A DNA stretch of 60,606 nt from a virus. Lineage: Duplodnaviria; Caudoviricetes. Location of the stretch: IMG/VR virus record IMGVR_UViG_3300037258_000158, positions 1 through 60,606 of that record; one strand, 5' to 3'. Below the pieces are notes generated by a model. That model worked only from the letters and a program-made list of their open reading frames with translations, was not told the DNA's origin and ran no database searches. Position numbers and translations under genes: made by a program. This document shows, piece by piece, positions 1 to 8,139 of the stretch (position 1 is its first letter; every line of letters begins with the position of its first letter).

Positions 1-127
1 ACATAATACTGGACAAAAAAGGCTTACGTAGGACCGAATTTAAATCTACGAACAATTACATGCACTTAGAGTGTCAACCCATTCAAATAACTATTTTCCG
101 CGTTTGAAAATGGTTTTTACAAAAATG
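1..127. repeat. Terminal direct repeat, left copy (identical to 60480-60606); circular-assembly overlap
   Basis: ACATAATACTGGAC...TTTTACAAAAATG occurs identically at both ends; 127 nt is a common assembler k-mer length. Confidence 0.95.
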
Positions 128-437
128 ACGTTCCCGCGCGCGCGAAAAACCAATAACGATAGTATAAGAATCTTAAAGAAAGAATATTAGATTAGTTAGA
201 AGCACTAGTATATTCGACAAGAGTTTTGGGATCACCGTGTATGGTTGATGGAACGAGGCCTCGTAAAGCTCGCCACGAGCGAGGGATCGTCTCGGTTGGC
301 CCTCCCCGGCCCCCGGTCCGGAATGCTTTAGGCACTACCCTACCTTCCAGCACCCCTCTCATTGCCCTCTCAACCCTCTCCCAGAGCTCTTAGACCATTG
401 CCCGGTATGCCACAGCCACCCCACCCCCAACGAGTCC

Positions 438-683
438 CTACACGTCCGCCCTGCGGTAGCGAATTATATCAGGAAAGTGCTTCAAAAGCGTTTCGGCGCC
501 AGCGCAATCATAACGATAGACGATATTCCCAGCAACACCAGTATGATCTTTAACAAAGATAGGAAACGTGCCAAGACTGTTATGTCCCGATCCTACACAG
601 ACCCATCTACAGTTCTTCGTATCATGGACAACATCACCGAATCCAATATCGTAAACATGCTCTGCACGAATCCACTCACCCAT
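438..683 (-). CDS. Hypothetical protein, paralogue of 733-999
   Basis: ATG at 683 after GGAGGGGGA; shares RAExVY..GDVVHD..WVCVG..FPIFVKD..AETL..FPD with neighbour. Confidence 0.75.
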   Translation of the reverse strand: MGEWIRAEHVYDIGFGDVVHDTKNCRWVCVGSGHNSLGTFPIFVKDHTGVAGNIVYRYDCAGAETLLKHFPDIIRYRRADV

Positions 684-732
684 TCCCCCTCCCCGGCTCG
701 GCCTAATTGCGTGGTGATACCAATCACCAGTT

Positions 733-999
733 CTAGTCCCATAGGTGTTGCTCCGGTTTGCGATACTTTTCCACATCGGGAAACTTCCGCGCCAGCGTTT
801 CAGCCTCGGCACAATGATAATGAAACACCGTCCACCACCAATCAGTTCGTGCTGGAACAGTGATCGGCGTTTGGTCCTTTACGAAGATAGGGAATCGCCC
901 TGCCTTGTTCGTTCGCCAACCGACACAGACCCAGATGTTGTCGCCCACGTCGTGGACGACATCACCCGCGTCTAGCCGATATACGTCTTCAGCTCGCAT
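733..999 (-). CDS. Hypothetical protein, paralogue of 438-683
   Basis: ATG at 999 after GAGG; same motif series as 438-683. Confidence 0.75.
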   Translation of the reverse strand: MRAEDVYRLDAGDVVHDVGDNIWVCVGWRTNKAGRFPIFVKDQTPITVPARTDWWWTVFHYHCAEAETLARKFPDVEKYRKPEQHLWD

Positions 1000-1252
1000 C
1001 ACGCCTCGCTTCAAAAGCCTCGGTGTACGCCTTCAATTCAACATCCCAACCGTCGAGTAAAGCGACCAAATCATCGGATACTTTTTCTAGACCAAGTGAC
1101 GCGATTACTTGATCATAAACGATAGCTGCTCCGGTATAGAACACATGCTTCACGAATTCAGGATCTATACTCATTACGTGAGTACGATTCCGTGCCTTGA
1201 AGATTTCCCACGCTGCTACGATACTTGGATCTTTCATAATCATGTCAGCCAT
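989..1252 (-). CDS. Hypothetical protein
   Basis: AAGGA RBS; overlaps neighbours in the minus-strand gene run. Confidence 0.7.
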   Translation of the reverse strand: MADMIMKDPSIVAAWEIFKARNRTHVMSIDPEFVKHVFYTGAAIVYDQVIASLGLEKVSDDLVALLDGWDVELKAYTEAFEARRDAS

Positions 1253-1433
1253 TGCTATTCCTTTCTGTTAAGAGGATTGCTGCATATCGCCGGGCAACGT
1301 CGCGACATAATCCCTCACAAACACCCTCTCCTAGATCAATCCAACCGCACTGATCTACGGATCGAAGCCATTCGCTCGGGGCCACCGAAAATGGGAGTTC
1401 CTTCCCGTCGTTATAGAACCTAAGTTCCTTCAT
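1245..1433 (-). CDS. Hypothetical protein
   Basis: Tiles with neighbours in the minus-strand run. Confidence 0.55.
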   Translation of the reverse strand: MKELRFYNDGKELPFSVAPSEWLRSVDQCGWIDLGEGVCEGLCRDVARRYAAILLTERNSNG

Positions 1434-1644
1434 TAGCCAAGATCCTTAATGCGACGATGCCACCGTGCAGACGACAGTAGTTCTTGCCGTCTACATGATA
1501 GTGAGCGCTGCGCATACACCGAAAATTCATGTTCCGCGCAGTTCTCCGCGTCTTGATGTAGTGTTCTTCCACGTCAGCGTCGCACCTTGGCAGAGTCACG
1601 TTCAGTGGACCCGGCTTTTCGTATAGCTTCACAACTCGCGGCAT
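1420..1644 (-). CDS. Hypothetical protein, possible Zn-binding (C...YCxxH)
   Basis: RCMRSAHYHVDGKNYCRLH; tiles with neighbours. Confidence 0.65.
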   Translation of the reverse strand: MPRVVKLYEKPGPLNVTLPRCDADVEEHYIKTRRTARNMNFRCMRSAHYHVDGKNYCRLHGGIVALRILANEGT

Positions 1645-1940
1645 TGTCGTAATCCATCAGCTATTCCCTTTCCCATACCATGATTATCGAGCGCTTCTTC
1701 GTATGTGGCCGAACGTCGAGACCAGATGATTTCAGGTCCATCGAAGACCATAGTCTCGAAGAACAGCGGTTCGCCGAAACCATACGATAGATCCATTCCC
1801 AGGAAGATGGTGGACACCAGATAAGCGTCGTACTGATTGTATGCCAGATGGTGATCGCCACCGCGCGATTTCACCCATCCCAGACTATCGTCGGTCTCGA
1901 CAGGCTTGTTGTCCTTATCGAGTGTGTAGAACTTGATCAT
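1629..1940 (-). CDS. Conserved phage hypothetical protein
   Basis: VSTIFLGMDLSYGFGEPLFFETMVF resembles a recurrent small phage protein motif. Confidence 0.75.
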   Translation of the reverse strand: MIKFYTLDKDNKPVETDDSLGWVKSRGGDHHLAYNQYDAYLVSTIFLGMDLSYGFGEPLFFETMVFDGPEIIWSRRSATYEEALDNHGMGKGIADGLRQCREL

Positions 1941-2170
1941 AGTTCCCAGTCATTCCCTTCTTCTGCAGTCGCACCCATGCAACGGAGGAAGTTTCGCCAG
2001 CATCGGTAAAGCCATCTCATCGTTGCATCCATGCCCATGCGTCACGGAAGACGCCATCTTGATAAAACGTCATCGTGAGCGCCAACAGAAGGACAAACAT
2101 CACGAATAGAATGAATAAGCATACTGGATACCACCTGTCCATCAGTGTATTCTCCTCTTTCTGGGAGGAC

Positions 2171-2371
2171 CTATTTCCTCCCGCGCTTGTTTCAGACTAT
2201 CCACGATAGTCTGATGTGCCTCTGTGAACTCGTTCATGTCTTCTGCAGTCGGTGTACGAACACCGAAACCGTCTCCTGTGAAACGCAGAAGGTAAAGTCA
2301 CCATCCTCTGGTAAGTCTACATTCGTTTCGACCGGCGTGACAAACCCACAAGACGGACACTTAATCTCCAC
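2171..2371 (-). pseudogene. Possible frameshifted Zn-ribbon gene
   Basis: GTG at 2371 gives VEIKCPSCG...PEDGDFTFCVS; protein-like sequence continues in another frame (GDGFGVRTPTAEDMNEF...KQARRK*) to TAG at 2171. Confidence 0.35.
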
Positions 2372-2597
2372 GACTTATTCTCCGCTTCGGCCTCGGGTGT
2401 TTCTCGATATATTTCTCGAACGCCTTCAGCGCGTTCAACATAGTTTCGCGGTCATATTCACGTGTAGAACTGCGAAGCTGTCGCCGATAGCCGAACAATT
2501 CCACAATCATCATATCGGCCATGTGCTGAGTAGATGTAATCTGCTTTTCAAGCCGATCACGCCACCATTCTTCACTTCTCAGCGCCATTGATTCCAC
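2361..2597 (-). CDS. Hypothetical protein
   Basis: ORF tiles in minus-strand run; start may be the ATG at 2588. Confidence 0.6.
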   Translation of the reverse strand: MESMALRSEEWWRDRLEKQITSTQHMADMMIVELFGYRRQLRSSTREYDRETMLNALKAFEKYIEKHPRPKRRISRGD

Positions 2598-2644
2598 CCC
2601 ATGTTTCTACACTATTGTACGCCCACGGAACCATGATTACAAAG

Positions 2645-2938
2645 TCACTTTTCCTTTATGAATACGATTTCGCTGCCGGGTGGATAATTCTTCCACTGTT
2701 CTTCGAACTTTGCCATATCAAAGTCCTTCGGCAATACGATCACGTGTTCGTCGTGCGTTGCCCGCCACGCATCCAAAGCTGATGCCAGATTATCACCATC
2801 GGTTGCCCGATCCAACGATGTCTGCCGATAGCCCGCAAGATTCAGCAGAATCACACGCGCGAAAGCTTCACTCGTACTTGCAGCCCGAGCGCGCTTCTGC
2901 CATTCCATGACCGATGTGTGTTCAGCCCTCTTCTTCAC
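2645..2938 (-). CDS. Hypothetical protein
   Basis: GTGA overlap with upstream ORF. Confidence 0.65.
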   Translation of the reverse strand: MKKRAEHTSVMEWQKRARAASTSEAFARVILLNLAGYRQTSLDRATDGDNLASALDAWRATHDEHVIVLPKDFDMAKFEEQWKNYPPGSEIVFIKEK

Positions 2939-3168
2939 AGTCCCTGCGCCTTCTGGATACCGAGTTGTCGGGCTGTTACCTGAGCATGGATATCACTCAC
3001 CTTATTCATGAGATATTCTCCCAACGAATCCTCGAACCCGCATCGGCGCAGAACCATCCCGAGTTCAACGCACTGACGCCGCGCCAACTCCAACTCTGGC
3101 AAACTTCGCCGCTGCTGTTCCGCAACATGCGCATTCACATAATCAGTCCCACGATCGTCGCCCATCAC
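2935..3168 (-). CDS. Hypothetical protein
   Basis: 4-nt start/stop overlaps on both sides. Confidence 0.65.
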   Translation of the reverse strand: MMGDDRGTDYVNAHVAEQQRRSLPELELARRQCVELGMVLRRCGFEDSLGEYLMNKVSDIHAQVTARQLGIQKAQGL

Positions 3169-3428
3169 GCTTTCCCCATCGTATCTTTGAGTTGTTCCAA
3201 GATCATGTGATTGCCGATTTCGATATTATCGGTGATGATACGCATCGCACTTTCTTTCGTGTGCTTGCGCTGGTCCTGCATCGCCAGACACTGTCCGAGC
3301 ATCTGTGACATCAACGCCAGTAGTTCATCGGCGGGTAGATCGCCGGTCCATTTCGTCAACAGAGCCAACGCTTCGGTCCGAAACTTGGCGTGTTTGTCGC
3401 CCGGCATCACTGTTCTAATGTTCAACAA
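3165..3428 (-). CDS. Hypothetical helical protein
   Basis: GGAGG upstream; tiles with neighbours. Confidence 0.7.
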   Translation of the reverse strand: MLNIRTVMPGDKHAKFRTEALALLTKWTGDLPADELLALMSQMLGQCLAMQDQRKHTKESAMRIITDNIEIGNHMILEQLKDTMGKA

Positions 3429-3639
3429 TTTCCGCCTCCACGATGGTTGTGCGACGTAGGAAGATAGCCGCAGCTTCCCATGTCACCGACTCACGGATTT
3501 CCGTTTCTTTCACTTTCTGGATTGTGGCGGCGTTCGCTCTGGCCTGAGCCCGCGCGGCCATTTCAATGAACTGATCGGCTATGTCGTCCAGGGACGTAGC
3601 CGTGTATTTCAGTCCAACGTCACCCTCTATACGTTTCAT
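3415..3639 (-). CDS. Hypothetical protein
   Basis: Ala-rich helical ORF tiling in the run. Confidence 0.65.
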   Translation of the reverse strand: MKRIEGDVGLKYTATSLDDIADQFIEMAARAQARANAATIQKVKETEIRESVTWEAAAIFLRRTTIVEAEIVEH

Positions 3640-3737
3640 CTAAAGACACCCGCTATACACCATCCGATCAACACGCCAGCGACAGATGCCGCGAATACGG
3701 ATAATGGCCACCAGTCTCTCTTCAACATCACACACTC

Positions 3738-4304
3738 CTATTGCTTTGGGACCCCAGATTCGTCAAGGCTGTCCAGGGCACTCAGCCACGGTGATTCCAG
3801 ATAGTTCAATTCGCCATCATCGAACACCGCATCGAGAATGGCGAAAGCGATAGGACAACTCTGTCCTATCTCTTCACTTTCTTCACCCATCGCCAGTGTT
3901 TCCATCTGTTCATGGGTGATTGCCGCCAGTTCACGTTGCGCCGCCGCGAACCGTTCTTCCCAGTCCTTAGGGATAACACCATCCCACAAAGGATCGAAGC
4001 CATTATCCACGCCTAGAAGCCGCACCGACTCCAACACAAGCGGATAGTGATACAGCCTGGACGGAAGATCGTCCATGCCAGTCCCCGCAGTCCCCTCCCC
4101 GGTCTCACGAGCAGCCGCCGCTATTTCCAGTAGAGTCTGCTTCGCGGAATCAGGCCAGTCAACCGGGGAGGGGGTGGCGACGAACCCTTCCAGGAAGCTA
4201 CCGACGATGTATCCGACACGTGAACCGTTCATCGGGTCGCCATGTTCGGCTTCATAGGATGCTGCGACAGCGGTACATAGATCAGCTATTGTTCTTTCGG
4301 CCAA
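3738..4304 (-). CDS. Hypothetical protein
   Basis: AAGGAG RBS before TTG; acidic 188-aa ORF. Confidence 0.7.
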   Translation of the reverse strand: MAERTIADLCTAVAASYEAEHGDPMNGSRVGYIVGSFLEGFVATPSPVDWPDSAKQTLLEIAAAARETGEGTAGTGMDDLPSRLYHYPLVLESVRLLGVDNGFDPLWDGVIPKDWEERFAAAQRELAAITHEQMETLAMGEESEEIGQSCPIAFAILDAVFDDGELNYLESPWLSALDSLDESGVPKQ

Positions 4305-4680
4305 GTGGCGTCTCCTTTGCTACGATTTCTTCGAGGTTGAAGCGTTGAGCCAGAGATATCAGATACGATTTCCACTGACGTGGTTCACGGTTGTCATGAA
4401 TCTGCTGCAACTCCACCAGCAAATCCATATAGCGTTCGTAGTCTCCCTGCATACGGATCGGAAGAACCCCGGCGCTAGTCAGCACAGACTCGATCGAAAG
4501 GCTGCGCACGATATTGCCTTCAAGGTCTGGCCTATACAGATTGTCCGGTATCAGCCAGCCTACCGGACATCGGCATCCGTTCGGTGAACGATAGAAACAG
4601 TTACCGCTCGTGTTCTTCGCAGCTTCTCCCTGCTGAAGCATGTGCATCGCTGCCGTGTCGAAAACCTCCTGCAGAGTCAT
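4282..4680 (-). CDS. Conserved phage hypothetical protein
   Basis: QEVFD..H...QG..C.YR...G..C.VG.LIPD..Y...LEG...LQ.IHD pattern typical of a common phage family. Confidence 0.8.
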   Translation of the reverse strand: MTLQEVFDTAAMHMLQQGEAAKNTSGNCFYRSPNGCRCPVGWLIPDNLYRPDLEGNIVRSLSIESVLTSAGVLPIRMQGDYERYMDLLVELQQIHDNREPRQWKSYLISLAQRFNLEEIVAKETPLGRKNNS

Positions 4681-4925
4681 GGCAACTTCCTCAATAGTTG
4701 TTTGACGTGGTCGATATGAAAACGTATCGACGCCAGCGTATTGTCGGCCCGCGCATGGCCGTCAACGATCTGCTGATATATTTCTTCATCAAGGGCATTG
4801 ACTACCCTGATCCAGTTGGACTTATCATCAGCCCAACTCGGGCTCGCCTCCCCTCTCAGCGAGCCCGGTTTGCGTGATTTAACCATTCGCCACCTTTCGC
4901 TGACGGAACGGGATAACCTTATCAT
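4677..4925 (-). CDS. Hypothetical protein (start uncertain, possibly ATG at 4886)
   Basis: ATGA overlap with downstream gene. Confidence 0.55.
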   Translation of the reverse strand: MIRLSRSVSERWRMVKSRKPGSLRGEASPSWADDKSNWIRVVNALDEEIYQQIVDGHARADNTLASIRFHIDHVKQLLRKLP

Positions 4926-5205
4926 CGCCCAGACCGAGGATGAAGTTGCTCACCATTCGCCTAGCTTCTGGGCCGATGGCTGTCGCGACCGCTAAGACCG
5001 TTGCGTTGAATGGGCGTTTGGTCCCTCCCTTGAACCAGCCCTCGAACGTGGTGACCGTGACCCCTGATTCTTGGGATATGATATGTTGCATCACCTTCAT
5101 GGTAACACCGCGCCGCTTCGCCTCGTCCTGCATGGCAGTACGAAGCACGTCGATGATCGGATCCTTGTTGATGAACCGATACGTCTGATAGACTCTTACC
5201 TTCAT
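4879..5205 (-). CDS. XRE/Cro-like HTH transcriptional regulator
   Basis: ISQESGVTVTTFEGWFKGGTKRPFNATVLAVA matches XRE HTH pattern. Confidence 0.75.
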   Translation of the reverse strand: MKVRVYQTYRFINKDPIIDVLRTAMQDEAKRRGVTMKVMQHIISQESGVTVTTFEGWFKGGTKRPFNATVLAVATAIGPEARRMVSNFILGLGDDKVIPFRQRKVANG

Positions 5206-5552
5206 AGCTTATTTCCCTTCGCGGTTGTGCGCCACTTATCATCCGGCCCCTTGAGAATAAGACCTCTGTCCCGCAGACGCATGAGTGTCTGCCGAGCGGC
5301 CCCCTCTGTGCCTTCGTACTTGGCGACGATTGTTGCTGCTGGAATCCCGGTCTTGCCCGCCTGTTTGACCATTTCAAACACGAGGTCTGTTCCCTCATTT
5401 GTTCTTCCGCCATTGCCACGGCCGGGACCATCGGCGGTCTTTATGGGAGTAGCATTCGTTACTTCAAGATTCTGGACTTCCTTGCCCAGAAGATATCCGT
5501 TGATGGGACCCCAGTCCACATCGTTTACGATGAATGATACGCGCAACCTCAT
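5202..5552 (-). CDS. Putative winged-helix DNA-binding protein
   Basis: C-terminal ...AARQTLMRLRDRGLILKGPDDKWRT wHTH-like; GGAGG RBS. Confidence 0.65.
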   Translation of the reverse strand: MRLRVSFIVNDVDWGPINGYLLGKEVQNLEVTNATPIKTADGPGRGNGGRTNEGTDLVFEMVKQAGKTGIPAATIVAKYEGTEGAARQTLMRLRDRGLILKGPDDKWRTTAKGNKL

Positions 5553-5576
5553 TGTACGCCTCCATGTTTTGTTTCA

Positions 5577-5605
5577 AGTATAGTGTACAGCATATGAGCC
5601 TACGA
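5577..5605 (-). promoter_or_regulatory. Sigma70-like promoter TCGTAG-N17-TATACT
   Basis: Minus strand reads TCGTAG gctcatatgctgtacac TATACT upstream of gene 5552. Confidence 0.6.
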
Positions 5606-5618
5606 CTATAGGCTCATA
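5593..5618. promoter_or_regulatory. Perfect 10-bp inverted repeat (operator candidate) over the -35 box
   Basis: TATGAGCCTA-cgacta-TAGGCTCATA. Confidence 0.55.
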
Positions 5619-5703
5619 CTAATCACAAGCCGGGCATTTATGTGGATGATGAGACAGCCCGCACTTCGTGCATACGCGCTCATCATCCACAAGATCCGGC
5701 AGT

Positions 5704-5943
5704 TTACCCTCGCGGATCAGCCGCGATTCCTCCTCGTTCTCCCTGTGCCTCCTCCTTATGTTTTCTTCTACGATCTCGCTTGGTGTTTTTGACATCGTAC
5801 TTCCTCATAGCCTTGGTTGCTTCCGATTCACAGACGTATGGTCCGTTGTGAAATTTCCAGCGGGGACCACTGAAAAACCACCATGCATCGCCCCAGAGAA
5901 ATGTCCGTTTCCCTTCGGCCCTCTTCGCATCAAGTGTGCCCAT
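5704..5943 (-). CDS. Hypothetical protein
   Basis: Purine-rich RBS; tiles with 5930-6139. Confidence 0.55.
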   Translation of the reverse strand: MGTLDAKRAEGKRTFLWGDAWWFFSGPRWKFHNGPYVCESEATKAMRKYDVKNTKRDRRRKHKEEAQGERGGIAADPRG

Positions 5944-6139
5944 CTTCTTCCCCTTCTTCTACGAGTCTAATTGGTTTCGGTGCAGGACTATCCTGTTCCA
6001 TGAGTAGATCCATTACGGCGATGCTTATCTGCTCAACTTGAGCATCGCTTCCTTGTATGCCAGCGTCGATGAGGATATCGTCGATCTTCTCGTACATATC
6101 CTCCTCCGGCGTATTTGGTTTCTTACATCGCATATTCAT
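5930..6139 (-). CDS. Hypothetical acidic protein
   Basis: GAGGAG RBS. Confidence 0.65.
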   Translation of the reverse strand: MNMRCKKPNTPEEDMYEKIDDILIDAGIQGSDAQVEQISIAVMDLLMEQDSPAPKPIRLVEEGEEDGHT

Positions 6140-6143
6140 GTTG

Positions 6144-6722
6144 TTACTCCTCTGGCAATGACGCGAACCACGCGTCGTATTGGTTCGGACGGAATGTCAC
6201 CTTTGCTCCTTGTTCAATGGCTTGGATCGCGTTCAGCAATTTCTGGGTGAAATTTACGATCCCGTTCCATTGACAGAATAGGTCGAAGATCGTGTACGCA
6301 TCAGCGGATTCTACTTTCTTTCTCGCCGCTTCGTCTAATCTTTTGTTCAACTTCTTCTTCGTGATAACAGACGGCGTTGGAAGCGCGGATATAATTTCAT
6401 CCTTAACTTCTTCCCTCATCTGTTCCTTGAACCACTCTGGCAACTGGTCGTACCGAACCATGCCGTCTGCACGACCATGCCAGAGCTGACTGTGGTCCTG
6501 TTCTGCTTCATGCCTGCCCATCGTATGGGACCTAGTTTCAGCAAGAGCCAGCTTATCCGCCCAATGCTTACCGATGAGTTCTATCTGTTCTTCCGAAGCC
6601 TTAAATCCTGCATTCGCAAGGACATCGGCTACGTCTTCCATCAATAGTTCCCATTCTGCGTCTTCTGCCCGGTTTCCCGGCAACATACCATCTGTTACTC
6701 CAGGTGGGAGATTGCTGTTCAT
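6144..6722 (-). CDS. Hypothetical protein
   Basis: AGGAG RBS; N-terminal SNLPPGVTDGMLPGN motif; first gene of the leftward run. Confidence 0.75.
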   Translation of the reverse strand: MNSNLPPGVTDGMLPGNRAEDAEWELLMEDVADVLANAGFKASEEQIELIGKHWADKLALAETRSHTMGRHEAEQDHSQLWHGRADGMVRYDQLPEWFKEQMREEVKDEIISALPTPSVITKKKLNKRLDEAARKKVESADAYTIFDLFCQWNGIVNFTQKLLNAIQAIEQGAKVTFRPNQYDAWFASLPEE

Positions 6723-6808
6723 GGTTTATACTCCTATCAAGCGCCCCCTTGGCGCACCCATATAGTAATGTGTGCGATTGGGGACAGCACGCTTCTTTAC
6801 TAACAAAG

Positions 6809-6823
6809 TTAATCAGAGGTTAA
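6809..6823. promoter_or_regulatory. CtrA-type box TTAA-N7-TTAA in divergent intergenic region
   Basis: TTAA TCAGAGG TTAA, followed in register by TTAA ATCTGTG TTAT (6820-6834). Confidence 0.6.
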
Positions 6824-6929
6824 ATCTGTGTTATAGTGGAAATGGAGCACCTGACAGCGTTCATCCCCCTGGACGTATAGGTCGTTAGGCTCGATGGTGC
6901 TCCACCCACATTCAGCTAAAGGGAAACAG

Positions 6930-7649
6930 ATGAAGATCTATATACCTACTCTCGGTAGGGCCGGTCGCGTCAAGACGTTGGATCTACTAGGACACCGTCT
7001 TCGAGACGTTGTCCTCGTGGTTCAGCCCCAAGAAACTACTGACTACCGCGCTGCCTATCCAAATCTCAATATCCAACCGCTTCCTTCAAAGATGCATATC
7101 GGCGAGACACGCAAGTGGATCATGAAGCAAGCTGGTCAGAATCACTGGCAGATGGATGATGATGTCCTTGCCCGGTGCATGGAAGGAGTCAACTTCGTCG
7201 AAGCACTGGAATTGAGGGAACTTCACATTCCTTCAACGCCTCTGGTCGGTTTCGGTCGCCAGTACATGGGAACGCAGGTCTACGAGAAAGGCCGGTTCCA
7301 CAAGAACATGGGAGTCTGGCACATGCTCGGCATCAACTGGAAGCGGATGTCATCCGCTCCAGTTCAGCATTTCTCGCTTTACGAAGACACGGTCATGAAC
7401 ATCCATGCCCGGGAAGCCGGGGGGACCAATGTGGATTATGGTGTCCTGCTTGGAAACGCGTCTTACACGAAACGCGATGGGACTGGCTGTTCCAGCTATC
7501 GGTCGATCGAGGCTATTGAACAGAACATGCGCGAGCTCGTTCTACTCTATCCCAAGTATTGCACCATCGTGCCATCGGATAAACTGACGCAGGGTCTTCC
7601 GGTTGGAAAAACAGTCAAAACTAGCTGGTCAAAGATAAGACCCTTGTAG
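6930..7649 (+). CDS. TET/JBP-associated-type (TAGT/GREB1-like) glycosyltransferase, copy 2
   Basis: IYIPTLGR, MDDDV (DxD), YEDT, GTGCSSYR, LYPKY, terminal W; same motif order as 16911-17714. Confidence 0.75.
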   Translation: MKIYIPTLGRAGRVKTLDLLGHRLRDVVLVVQPQETTDYRAAYPNLNIQPLPSKMHIGETRKWIMKQAGQNHWQMDDDVLARCMEGVNFVEALELRELHIPSTPLVGFGRQYMGTQVYEKGRFHKNMGVWHMLGINWKRMSSAPVQHFSLYEDTVMNIHAREAGGTNVDYGVLLGNASYTKRDGTGCSSYRSIEAIEQNMRELVLLYPKYCTIVPSDKLTQGLPVGKTVKTSWSKIRPL

Positions 7650-7673
7650 TCACTTATTCGCATGGTTAACACT
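7644..7673 (+). promoter_or_regulatory. Promoter candidate TTGTAG-N17/18-TAACAC/AACACT
   Basis: CTTGTAGTC core shared with 8744 and 58345; upstream of gene 7700. Confidence 0.45.
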
Positions 7674-7699
7674 TAACCTACGTTACAAGAAGGGACGAA

Positions 7700-8119
7700 A
7701 TGAAAACCAAATCTTACACGACATCGTTAGGAGCCGCTGTCGCTGATGCTTACAGTGAGCTTGAAACCCTCGGCGAAGAGTGCCGGGAAGTATCTGAAAA
7801 CATGCCCGAATCTACTCAAAGTTCAGCGCGGTACACGGCGCTATCGGATTCGGGTGATACCCTCGTCGGTCTTGAAGCGCCGGATATACCGGAAAGCCTC
7901 TCCGACATAAAGATCACATTCCAGCAATACGAACCGGCATCTCGTTCACGCCCATTAGGCCGAGGCTTGAGGCGAGATAATGCGGTCATGGCTCTTAAGG
8001 CAGCAATGGAAGCCTTGAAGAGTCTTGAAGCAAACGAAGACGCAGACGGCCTATCAACCCAACTGGATGATGCAATCCAAGAAGCAGATGGTTGCGAGTT
8101 TCCAGGTATGTTTGGCTGA
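7700..8119 (+). CDS. Hypothetical acidic helical protein
   Basis: AAGGG RBS; 139-aa ORF. Confidence 0.75.
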   Translation: MKTKSYTTSLGAAVADAYSELETLGEECREVSENMPESTQSSARYTALSDSGDTLVGLEAPDIPESLSDIKITFQQYEPASRSRPLGRGLRRDNAVMALKAAMEALKSLEANEDADGLSTQLDDAIQEADGCEFPGMFG

Positions 8120-8139
8120 ACGCCTCAAGGGGGAATGAC

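Noticed and set aside
354-380. Three CCCTCTC copies in a pyrimidine-rich tract
   Set aside because: Short, low-complexity and irregularly spaced; no supportable function.
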